Source of the DNA: Balanoglossus misakiensis
Taxonomy: Eukaryota > Animalia > Hemichordata
Assembly: GCA_040954595.2 (NCBI GenBank)
Contig: JBECUI020000039.1
Location: forward strand, 72,396-136,395
Length of the DNA: 64,000 bases
Direction: 5' to 3'
Shown: positions 38,701-47,400 of the stretch, piece by piece
Position numbering within the stretch: the stretch's first letter is position 1
Layout: each line of letters begins with the position of its first letter
The notes under the pieces: generated by a model
The model's database searches: none
What the model was told of the DNA's origin: nothing
What the model saw: the letters and a program-made list of their open reading frames with translations, nothing else
Made by a program: the position numbers and the translations under genes

Positions 38701-41700
38701 CACTGATGCAGGTGATTCTGCTCCCTCATTTCGGGCAATGACCGTTATGCTATAGATTGTATCAGGGTCTAACCCCGTTATGGTATACGACAAGACATTT
38801 CCCACCTCTTGCTGTCCACTTCCCCACGAAAGTGTATATCCAATTATTGTTGCCTGTCCTCCACCAAGAAGCATGCCCGGATCAGTTGGTTCGCTCCAAT
38901 CAACCGTTAGTCGGTACGTTCCATCCGTATCGACTGCTACAAAATTTACAGTTCCTATGCGTGGTACAGTGGGTGCAGTAGGTGCCTGAATGACAGTCAG
39001 GGTTATCCTGTCTGTTTTGCTGCTATCAAGTACCGAAACGACTGTTACTTCAATTGTTCCCGGTGACACCGTAGTTACTAGCCCATCAGTGCCTATGGTA
39101 GCAACCGTTTCTCCGGCTACAGTAGGATTCTCGTTTTCTACTCCCCACTGTACTCCGTGATCACTGATATTTTCAGCTACGAATGATGCTAGCAATGCAA
39201 GGGTATTTGAAGTGAATAGACCCTCTTGGGTCAACTCACTGCCATCTGCCTTGATTATCCGAATACTGTCGATCCCGTTTGCCTTCAGAGTTACCTCGGC
39301 AGACCAGTTACTCATCAGAGATGGAATAATACTGTTTACTGCCCTAATTTGTACATCATATTCTTTTGCTTCTGCTAAACTACTGAGGGTAATGCTCGGT
39401 ATATCCGAATCAACCTCTGTCCACGTGCTTGTTCCATGCAAACGATACTGAATATTGTACTTGCTTGCAACTAAACTCCCATCAACATCCTTCCCCTGAA
39501 CCGCATCCCAGGTAATCTTTAATGCTCCAAATCCCTGTTCTGTCAGATCTTTTACCACATTAGCGACACTTGGTGGTGCTTCTGCTTGCGAATCTACAGT
39601 CAGAGTTATCCTGTCTGTTTTGCTGCTATCAAGTACCGAAACGACTGTTACTTCAATTGTTCCTGATGATACTGCAGTTACTACTCCATCAGTACTTATG
39701 GTAGCAACCGTTTCGCCGGCTACAGTAGGATTTGCGTTTTCTACTCCCCACTGTACTCCGCGATCACTAATATTTTCTGCTACCAGATCTGCTGACAGTG
39801 CTAGGGTATTGGGAATTAATATGGTTCTATCCACTTCGGTTAACTCACTGCCATCTGCCTTGCTTATCCGAATGCTCCCGATTCCGTTTGCCTTCAGAGT
39901 TATCACTGAAGACCAGTTACTCGTCAAATATGTAACCAAACTGTTCACTGCCCTGATTTGTACATCGTACTCTTCTGCACCTGCTAAACTACTGAGGGTA
40001 ATGCTCGGTGTATCCGAATCAACCTCTGTCCACGTGGTTGTTCCATGCAAACGATACTGAATATTGTACTTGCTTGCAACCAAACTTCCATCAATATCCT
40101 TCCCCTGAACCGCATCCCAGGTAATCTTTAATGCTCCCAATCCCTGTTCTGTCAGATCTTTTACCACATTAGCGACACTTGGTGGTGCTTCTGCCTGCGA
40201 ATCTTCGGTGCGTATCGGCAATACGGGGCTTTGTACCGAAATATCAATACTCGTTGCGGTAATGATCGCAAAGTAGTTGCTCTCCGGATTCAAGCCCCCT
40301 ATGTGTATACTCCAGGTATTTCCTGATAATGTCGGTGTATGTTTGTTTCCTTCACTGATAAGATCAGTTTCACTAGTCGAGAGATAGACACGGTAGGTCA
40401 GTGGTACAGACGTAATGCTCTCCCAGTTAAAATCTATACTTGTCCTTGTTACCCTTGGAGTAATGGTTCCAAAACCGGGAACATCGATTGTTATTTCTAC
40501 TCTCTTCGTATCGTCTGCATCAGCTACTGCTTGCACAGTGGTACTTCCGTCTGATAAGGCTGTTACCAGTCCATTGCTTACCCGAATGATGCTCGGATCA
40601 CCGCTTGTCCAGAGAACATCCCTATTCTCCACATTGACCCAAGTATCACTTGGAATCTGAAGCTGTGTACTGGTTCCGACTGGGACCGTCAATGTCGCAA
40701 CCGCACCGTTGGCATCATGGATAACAAGATCACGGATTCCGTTTGCCGGAAATGGTCCTGCCACGCTCCACTCGCTTGCCAATGTCTGATTACTACTATT
40801 GAGTGCACGTATCCGGACTTCATAGTTCTCTGTTCCATCAAGTCCACTGAGTGTTTTGCTGAGATTCTCTTCAATCGCTACAGCACTGATCCAGTCTATT
40901 GCTCCCACCTTTCTGTATGCCACTTCGTAACTACTTGCAACAAAGTTTCCTGCAGTATCGGTCCCTTGTCGATCTTCCTGTGTCCAGGTAATTTTGAGTG
41001 TTCCAATCGTTTTTTCACCCAGATCCTTTCTAATCTCATTGACTTCTCCGGGGTTTGTTGCTTCAACTCCTGCAGTGCTTACTATGAGTAGTTCACTGTT
41101 TTCATCTATGCTATTTCCGGTTACGGTTACCACAATATAATAAGTGCTACGTGGACTTAATCCGCCCATGGTTATCGTCTCTTTGCCCTCACTCGAAACG
41201 GGGGAGAGAGACAATCGATTGGCTTCCTGTATCACTTCCTCAGCTGTCGTACTGACCGTGGTTGTTCGGTAGACTGCATAACTGACACTCGGGATACTGT
41301 GCCAACTGAGAACAATTGACCCGGCAGCAGAAGTAAAAAGCACATTGAGTTTCGGTACAGTAATACGTACCGTATCGCTCTTGCTGTCGTCTGCCTCTGC
41401 GGTTGCAGTAATTATTGCTTCTCCACTTCCGACTACTGCTATCCTTCCTGTATCCGTTATTGTTACGACCGTATTACTACTACTCTCCCAGAGTACCCTT
41501 GTATTTGCCACATTCACGAATGTTCCTGCTGCAAGGCTGAGTCTCGTCGTCTGTCCAAGACCGAGATCAAGCTCTGTAATCGAATTTCCGTCTATATCCT
41601 GTATGACAAAGGGTTTGATTCCATTTGCAAGAAAGGGTCCTGCCACGCTCCACTCGCCTGCCAATGTCTGATCACTACTATTGAGTGCACGTATCCGGAC

Positions 41701-43797
41701 TTCATAGTTCTCTGTTTCATCAAGTCCACTGAATGTTCTGCTGAGAGCCTCTCCAACCGGTACGACGGGGGCACTGATCCAGTCTATTGTTCCCACTTTT
41801 CTGTATTCCACTTCATAGATACTTGCAACAAAGTTTCCTGTAGTATTAGTTCCTTGTCGATCTTCTTGTGTCCACGTAATTGTGAGTGATCCTATCGTTT
41901 TTTCACTCAGATTCTTTTTAATCTCATTGACTTCTCCGGGATTTGTTGCTTGAACACTGTTCGTAGTTATCGTGAGAAGGGAACTCATTTCATTGATTGC
42001 TCCACCAATGAGTGTTACGACAACATAATAGTCGGTTTGTGGATTGAGTCCATCTATTGTCACTGTCTCGGTTCCGTCACTGCTTGTCGGGGTGAGTGAT
42101 ACTCGATTTGCTTGCTGTACCACCGATTCTGCGCTCGTGCTTGCAGTGCTTGTTCGGTAAACCTCATACTGCACACCGGGAACACTGTGCCAACTCAGAG
42201 TAATTGCACGGGCTGATGCAATGCCCTCAATCTGTACAGGGGGAACCGTAATAACTACCGAATCAGTGTTGCTTGGATCTGCTCCGGCTGTTGCGCTTAT
42301 ACTGACATTCCCACTTCCTACTGCATGGATCCTTCCTGCATCCGTTACCGTTACAATGCTCTCATCTGTACTTGCCCAACGAACTTCCGTATTCTCAACG
42401 TTGACAAATGTTCCTGCTGAAAGAATGAGCGTGTATTGATTTCCCAGTGTTATGGTATGTCGTTCTATGGCATTGCCTCCTCCATCTTGTATGACAAAGG
42501 GTTTGATTCCATTTGCAGCAAGCGTTACTTCCTCGCTCCATCCGCTTATCAGAGTATCGTTGGTACTGTTTACTGCCTGTATCCGTATGAGATACTCCGC
42601 TGCTTCATCCAATTCAGTTAGGGTAACGGTCGGATTTCCACTTGTCGGCGAGGAAACAGACTCGTTCTTCCATTCTGTGGTACCGAATTTGCGGTACTGT
42701 ACGGTATAAATACTTGGCACATGGTTCCCATCTATGTCCGTTCCTTGCACGTCTTTCCAGCTGAATGCAAGTGATCCTCTTGTTTTTTCACTGAGCAACT
42801 TTGTTATGGACGAAACAATCTCAGGAGCACGCTCTCCTGATGCTTGGGTTTCGATTGAGAGAATACCGCTGTTTTCAACAATGTCGCCTCCTGTTGCGGT
42901 TACGGTAATATAATAGGTCATTGCTGCAGTCAGACCATCGATGTATAGACTCCATTCATTGAGTAGCGAGTCAAATATCGGGGCTTCCTGTTTGTTCGCA
43001 TCATCTATCAGGATATCAACCGCAGAAGGGTCTTCGGTGCTGAGATAGACACTGTATGTCAAATCAGGAGCAATCGGGTTCCAGCTCAGATTGATTGCAG
43101 TTGATGAGACATCTCTTGTTATGGTCAATGGTGCAACAGAGGTTTGAATGCGTTCCGGTGCAGTGATGATGGTTGATCGTCCGTTATTGTATCGTACACT
43201 TACGGCAACAGAATACTCGACTTGTGGCTCCAATCCTGATATGGTATGACTGACTTTTGAGGCATCATCAATCAGGATTTCTTGTGTTTCTCCACCAGCT
43301 GGGGTCAGATGAATAGTATATCCGGTTGGCTGTTGTACAAGATTGTTTGGTGCATCCCATGTAACTGTAATTTCGTTAGAAGGATTATTACCCGGTAGAG
43401 TAGCAATGTTGTCAGCGGTACTTCCTGCATCAACAACATCACCGGTTGCGGGAAGAGTGATTTGAACGACCGGAGAAGAAGACTCACCCGAAACAGTGGA
43501 AACTTCTACTGTATAGATGGTATTTGGTGCAAAAAGTAATCCTTCAAATGTATGAGAAGGAGATATTGCCGTTACTTCGGCAATAATGTCCTGATTGGGA
43601 TCCCTGATGATAACAGAATAAGAATGTTCACCAGTAGTGGGTGCTTGCCAGGAAACGGTAATAGAGTCCCCTGCACGAAAATGTGCAGAAAGTGCATTGA
43701 CAGGATCTGGAATATTTCCTGAAGTGGCAGTTCCACCACAGGAAAAAACAAAAGCAAAGAAAACAACAAGTGTTGTTGCAATAAGAACTGAACGCAT
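35752..43797 (-). CDS. Giant surface lipoprotein A (2681 aa): FN3 and Ig-like (Big_2) repeats, cadherin-like stalk, C-terminal GLUG-type domain; putative adhesin
   Basis: Start reassigned to the ATG at 43797 after GGAGG. Lipobox FAFVFSC; FN3 motifs (ITVSW..P, GLEPQVEYSVAV); Big_2 motifs (WASTDESIVTVTDAGRIHAVGSG); IYTWRDLQAM..YELKSDIDF and VGGLVG repeats. Confidence 0.85.
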   Translation of the reverse strand: MRSVLIATTLVVFFAFVFSCGGTATSGNIPDPVNALSAHFRAGDSITVSWQAPTTGEHSYSVIIRDPNQDIIAEVTAISPSHTFEGLLFAPNTIYTVEVSTVSGESSSPVVQITLPATGDVVDAGSTADNIATLPGNNPSNEITVTWDAPNNLVQQPTGYTIHLTPAGGETQEILIDDASKVSHTISGLEPQVEYSVAVSVRYNNGRSTIITAPERIQTSVAPLTITRDVSSTAINLSWNPIAPDLTYSVYLSTEDPSAVDILIDDANKQEAPIFDSLLNEWSLYIDGLTAAMTYYITVTATGGDIVENSGILSIETQASGERAPEIVSSITKLLSEKTRGSLAFSWKDVQGTDIDGNHVPSIYTVQYRKFGTTEWKNESVSSPTSGNPTVTLTELDEAAEYLIRIQAVNSTNDTLISGWSEEVTLAANGIKPFVIQDGGGNAIERHTITLGNQYTLILSAGTFVNVENTEVRWASTDESIVTVTDAGRIHAVGSGNVSISATAGADPSNTDSVVITVPPVQIEGIASARAITLSWHSVPGVQYEVYRTSTASTSAESVVQQANRVSLTPTSSDGTETVTIDGLNPQTDYYVVVTLIGGAINEMSSLLTITTNSVQATNPGEVNEIKKNLSEKTIGSLTITWTQEDRQGTNTTGNFVASIYEVEYRKVGTIDWISAPVVPVGEALSRTFSGLDETENYEVRIRALNSSDQTLAGEWSVAGPFLANGIKPFVIQDIDGNSITELDLGLGQTTRLSLAAGTFVNVANTRVLWESSSNTVVTITDTGRIAVVGSGEAIITATAEADDSKSDTVRITVPKLNVLFTSAAGSIVLSWHSIPSVSYAVYRTTTVSTTAEEVIQEANRLSLSPVSSEGKETITMGGLSPRSTYYIVVTVTGNSIDENSELLIVSTAGVEATNPGEVNEIRKDLGEKTIGTLKITWTQEDRQGTDTAGNFVASSYEVAYRKVGAIDWISAVAIEENLSKTLSGLDGTENYEVRIRALNSSNQTLASEWSVAGPFPANGIRDLVIHDANGAVATLTVPVGTSTQLQIPSDTWVNVENRDVLWTSGDPSIIRVSNGLVTALSDGSTTVQAVADADDTKRVEITIDVPGFGTITPRVTRTSIDFNWESITSVPLTYRVYLSTSETDLISEGNKHTPTLSGNTWSIHIGGLNPESNYFAIITATSIDISVQSPVLPIRTEDSQAEAPPSVANVVKDLTEQGLGALKITWDAVQGKDIDGSLVASKYNIQYRLHGTTTWTEVDSDTPSITLSSLAGAEEYDVQIRAVNSLVTYLTSNWSSVITLKANGIGSIRISKADGSELTEVDRTILIPNTLALSADLVAENISDRGVQWGVENANPTVAGETVATISTDGVVTAVSSGTIEVTVVSVLDSSKTDRITLTVDSQAEAPPSVANVVKDLTEQGFGALKITWDAVQGKDVDGSLVASKYNIQYRLHGTSTWTEVDSDIPSITLSSLAEAKEYDVQIRAVNSIIPSLMSNWSAEVTLKANGIDSIRIIKADGSELTQEGLFTSNTLALLASFVAENISDHGVQWGVENENPTVAGETVATIGTDGLVTTVSPGTIEVTVVSVLDSSKTDRITLTVIQAPTAPTVPRIGTVNFVAVDTDGTYRLTVDWSEPTDPGMLLGGGQATIIGYTLSWGSGQQEVGNVLSYTITGLDPDTIYSITVIARNEGAESPASVAVQTQRVLNIPVADLPYYDQPISKVYGTASASYNLQKDGLGNVQQASQWRYQLSSVTPQQSGFSVQNYAQGVSAYRYGLLSIANTVPIGIYQIETRITRNNYWGEIIVNAEVRITAIQLSNYRMEYGPLADAREGVAQSYHPSVNTIPSAAAATYSITALSGSLPVGISIDADGTIQVADSLLPATYPVQVTATPTTSNYGGTLTINLVITVVEANAITGSMSYPVIDHPYNDADPKTYTPTVADLPSGLTADLLSYRITSVRRNDIDIPSYTGIITIDAAGIITISTTAQAGIYEIRIEASNSSYSGAIMAVLSGTVAKISLPDNAFAYGILARAPGNTGSTTSYSLQTNDIPADSGTIGYSMTPSISGISINAGTGEITVDDTTVPGGYQLHVTLSTDNYVEQSVDLYLYVGDSNLIYKGNFNVASQAYFSIGDIANPFLVSLADSTGTGITARLVIEDGSNTLYDSADTADTVTVDTAGNVGIGPIGANQQSIDWNWAALSGITTVQITISVTDGSNSDSKTVSIAKSGDGDIYTWRDLQAMADKLDGAYELKSDIDFPTKGTIGLATTGFIPVGDTTTTFTGSLSGGTGYVIRNFVIDDVTRIRAGLFGVATGNVASNLVFIDPSVRARAGAGVLAGEGRSGTVESIRVRVTNPKTVVETNGGTLTISYVSGTHIGGIMGYSNGMSLYRGENTGNVNGASGGVVGGLVGYAENAQVEGWTSGDVYGGDYVGGLVGIVNSGDSGPTIGYSLGNITGEEHVGGLVGFNGVGTVYGYSRGTVSGVTDIGGLVGLMGTSVIGYSTATIDARGERHYYYSGGLAGNIELSELLTGLSFITRTGAARENTGGLGGSISYGQGLEVYGYFSLATTGLDANKGITSSDILKASEYGPLTSESSLERRGLGTTDDPYTYWDDDGDSTTTTAGTQLFTNTNGFTIHQSTGGTDEHLGDWVWLGNGKAPNLWDTDDKRYFGDQPEYKEE
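38993..40204 (-). repeat. Recent intragenic tandem duplication (~603-609 bp) of an FN3+Big_2 module
   Basis: DSQAEAPPSVANVVKDLTEQG...SVLDSSKTDRITLTV occurs twice with long identical DNA stretches (e.g. GTTATCCTGTCTGTTTTGCTGCTATCAAGTACCGAAACG at ~39002 and ~39605). Confidence 0.92.
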
Positions 43798-43820
43798 CGC
43801 AACCTCCAAGCGTAAAAGAA

Positions 43821-43849
43821 AGTATAGTAAAAAACAGCAAAAAAGTCAA
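43821..43849 (-). promoter_or_regulatory. sigma70 promoter of gene A
   Basis: TTGACT-17 nt-TATACT, then the GGAGG RBS and ATG. Confidence 0.8.
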
Positions 43850-43870
43850 GTAAAATCGTAAAAGTCGAAG

Positions 43871-43890
43871 CCCCCCCCCCCCCCCCCCCC
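43871..43890 (-). repeat. Poly-G(20) tract (poly-C on +) 21 nt upstream of the gene A -35 box; candidate phase-variation tract
   Basis: 20 consecutive C on the + strand. Confidence 0.9.
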
Positions 43891-44073
43891 TAAAAACTCA
43901 TTAAGAGGAGTTTTTTGAGAGGTGCAAATGTGATATTATAGAGAAAAACTGCTTCAATATGTCTTATTTTGGAGATTCACTCCGGGTAATGTTAGTGAAA
44001 ATGTTCTTGCATGGTGCTCAATTCTTTTGCACTTTTTTTAAGAAAAAAAGATTTTTTTATGAAGGGCATGGGG

Positions 44074-44364
44074 AAACTTCAATCAAAACGGCAGGTTTTG
44101 TGGTAATTATTGATACCGCCCCTGATGGGTGGGGGTTGTGGATGGCGGAGCTCATACACAAATTTTAAGTATAAATTTAAGTTAAAATTATCAAAAGAAA
44201 CCACCCCGACTTGAAAAAATCCCCGCACAAACTTCAATCAAACTGCCACTTTTCGCAGTAGTACGTTATACCGCCCCTGTATGGGTGGGGGCTGTGGATG
44301 GCGGAGCTATATAAAAAACTTGACTTGAATACCACCTATGGATGGCGGAGCTCATACAAAAAAA
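44074..44364 (+). repeat. Array 2 of the ~154-bp repeat (U4, U5, plus an internally deleted fragment at 44328-44364)
   Basis: Units start at 44074 and 44229 (period 155). Fragment AATACCACC-TATGGATGGCGGAGCTCATACAAAAAAA. Confidence 0.95.
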
Positions 44365-44392
44365 CAAGTCCCAGCCTGGCCAGGACTTGTTT
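44358..44392 (-). terminator. Intrinsic terminator of giant lipoprotein gene B
   Basis: AAACAAGTCC-11 nt-GGACTTGTTT followed by a T-run on the minus strand, ~10 nt after the stop. Confidence 0.8.
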
Positions 44393-44401
44393 CTATATTG
44401 C

Positions 44402-47400
44402 CTATTGCGCCTTGTACTCCGGCTGTTCCCCGAAATACTGCTTGTCATCCGTATCCCAGAGACTCGGGAATCTACCGAACCCATACCAGACCCAGTCTCC
44501 CACCATTGCATCCTCCGGCACTGCAGTAGAGCCATAAATTGACCAATCGGTAAAGATGACTTGATCATCTGTTGGATCTCCCGTCGTTCCACTAGAATCG
44601 TAGTACGTATCAGTCCTTCTAACGATTCCTGCCTCAGACGAAACCTCGATTGCATAACTACCATCCGGTAACGATCCACTTCCTATTGCATTAAGTTGTC
44701 GCCCCGATGCGTATTCAGTACCCGCTGCTGTTCTATCAAAGTGAGCCTTCACCGAACCACTGAAATATCTCCCCACAACCCCACCGAACTGAGTATTTGT
44801 TCCGCCATTACGACTGACTGTAGCAGTACTGTAGCCGATTACACTTCCCTCATTCATGCCAATGAGACCGCCAACATCGTGACGTCCGGCTACACTACCA
44901 GTCATATAGCCAATTACTGTACTAAGTGTGTTGGTAGAACCCATTAGTCCTCCTACTTCGCCACCATCTTCACTGGTAACAGCCCCCGTTGCATATCCTG
45001 TTATGACTGAACTGATAGACGCAAATGTATAATCCCCCCCTACAAGACCACCTACAGTGAAATCGCCAGTTACATCTCCTGTTGTCCATCCAACTATCGT
45101 TGCACCATCCACCCTACCCACCAGTCCCCCGACATATTGGTTGCCATTCACTCTTGCTGCACTATCAATGCTGAGCAACTGATTATTCCTACCAACGTAA
45201 CCAACAATTCCTCCAGCATAACTGTTGTTCCTGAATCCCGAGGTTACGTTACTACGAACATGTTCTCCTGTTCGATCTTCTATTCGTACACTTACATTTT
45301 GTATAGCTATTTTAGATCGAAAACTATTGCCAAGTTCCCCCGCAATAACCCCAACATATTTATGCGCATTGACATAAGGATCGATACATATCAGATCAGT
45401 AATAACTCCTTCACTGTAACCAAAAATACCTGCGTAGTCCAGACTGGCATCATCAATATAGAAATCGCTGATAGCATAACGTGTGCCATCATCAGCAAGA
45501 CCACTTAGGCTGCCCTGAAAGCTTGTGCTGCTGGAACCAACCGGCACAAAGCCGGAAATCGGAAATGAATAGCTCCCAGGTGGTGGGAATTGAATATCAG
45601 AACCTAGTCGATAGCTCCCGCTCAAATTATGCTGCATCGCCTGCAAGTCGCGCCAACTATAGAGATCGCCACTACTACTTTTCTCTTTGTTCATCAATAC
45701 CGGACCTGCTGTTCCGCTACTGTCGGTTACAGTTATCTCCATTCTTAGATTCGCAGGAATGCCTGCCCAGTCGCTATACTGCAAGCCCAAGCCAATACCT
45801 ACAATAGAACCACCATTTTCGTCTGTTCCGACAGTTATATCTGCTGCTTTGTTATGCACTTCGGAATTATCCGCCGCATTAAGTACACGCACGTCTGCCG
45901 TTATTCCGGATGCATCGGATACCCCCTCAATAATCCAGAGAAAGGCATTATCAAAGTCTCCGATACTGAAATACTCCTGTGCCATTGCACCCATTTCAGG
46001 TTTATAGCTTAGAATAATACGGCTATCTGCTAAAACAATAATAGAAACAATACTCTCTACACTTCCCGTATACTCTGTTACTGATGATGTCGCAGTAACC
46101 GTTAGGCTATAGGTATTTGCCGGGAGGGTATCAGCAATCGTTATGCTCCCGCTACTTGCATCGACTGTAATGCCGCTTGTTTGCGGATCGACCGTTGTGA
46201 GACTATAACTCACCTCTGCTGGAAGGTTATTATTCTGTATCGGAACAGTCTTACCTGTTCCAAAGGGTATAATATCCACTACCCCATAGTCAAAATTCCC
46301 GCTTAACACTGCCGGTTCTATTGTTATCTGCACCGTAACTGATAACTGCCCTACATATCCTTCCTGCCTTGCAATAACTGTAAGCTCATAGTTTCCGAGG
46401 GGTAGGACTCCGGTACTACCTCCCCCCCAATCTGATTCACGAAAAAATGGCAAGAAATTTTCTGAATACGCTTCAAATCCCGGATTAGCAATGCTCTGCC
46501 CATCCTTTTTGACATCACCGATTGAATACGTATAATCATTGGTAAGTTCATCAGGCATGTCTCTTATATAACCCGAAAAGCTTACATGCCCTCCATATGG
46601 TGCTACTACTGAACCTGAACCAAATACGAACATTCTTGCACCTGCAGGAAGTGGCGGAAGAGTTGATTCTACAAGAATAGCTATCTCCGCACTACTACTG
46701 CCAAGATAGTATCCTCCTGTTGCTGTTGCCGTTACGGTACCGCTATAGGTGCCAACTGCAAGGTTTTGTATGCTAATGGCTCCCGTTGCTTGCTCAATGA
46801 CAATATCACCTGCATTCATTGCATCTATGACTAGCTGTTCGCTTGCGCTAAGACTGTACAACAATGTTACATCCTGCAAGGGGCCCACTACCGAAAAGGT
46901 TTTCTGTTCATTGGGTGCAACTGCTACAATATCATAGGCAGGCGTATAGTAATCTGCTAATACCGCAGGGCTTACCGTCCTGATAACGTCGATATCAAGC
47001 GCTGCATAGCCATCTGCTGAGACAACTACTCGTACCGTGTAGGTTCCGGGAATTACACTTGCTGCAATCTCTATTGTTCCATCACTGTCCACTGTAATTC
47101 CAGATCCGTCGCCACCGCTGTATCTAAGATCGCTTCTACTTAGCCCTGTCGGTAATCCGCTTACGACTGTTATTCCATAGCTCTTCCCTGTCCGATACAC
47201 CGCAGCTCCACTCTCGTAGCTTATCTGGGCTGTAAGGGCGCGGTCGACAATGGCTATACTCACTGTTATCGAGATGCTCCCGCTATAGTTTGCACCGGTT
47301 GCCGTTGCTGTTACCAAAAGACCGTATATATCAGATGCTGCTGTTGCCGATACCCGAATCTCCCCATTTGTCGCTTCAATGCTAATTATCCCACTTAAAT

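Noticed and set aside
43798-43809. ORF-track starts for the giant genes (43809 and 50725)
   Set aside because: These starts overlap the RBS or promoter. The ATGs at 43797 and 50644 follow GGAGG and give proper lipoprotein signal peptides.
43959-44168. Small ORF reading into repeat U4 / repeats as peptide-coding units
   Set aside because: Unit lengths of 152-155 bp do not keep frame, stops recur in the AT palindrome, and there is no RBS.
35752-44500. Diversity-generating retroelement VR/TR pair at the 3' ends of the giant genes
   Set aside because: The differences are not adenine-specific (many synonymous C/T and C/G changes), both copies are coding, and no reverse transcriptase is present.
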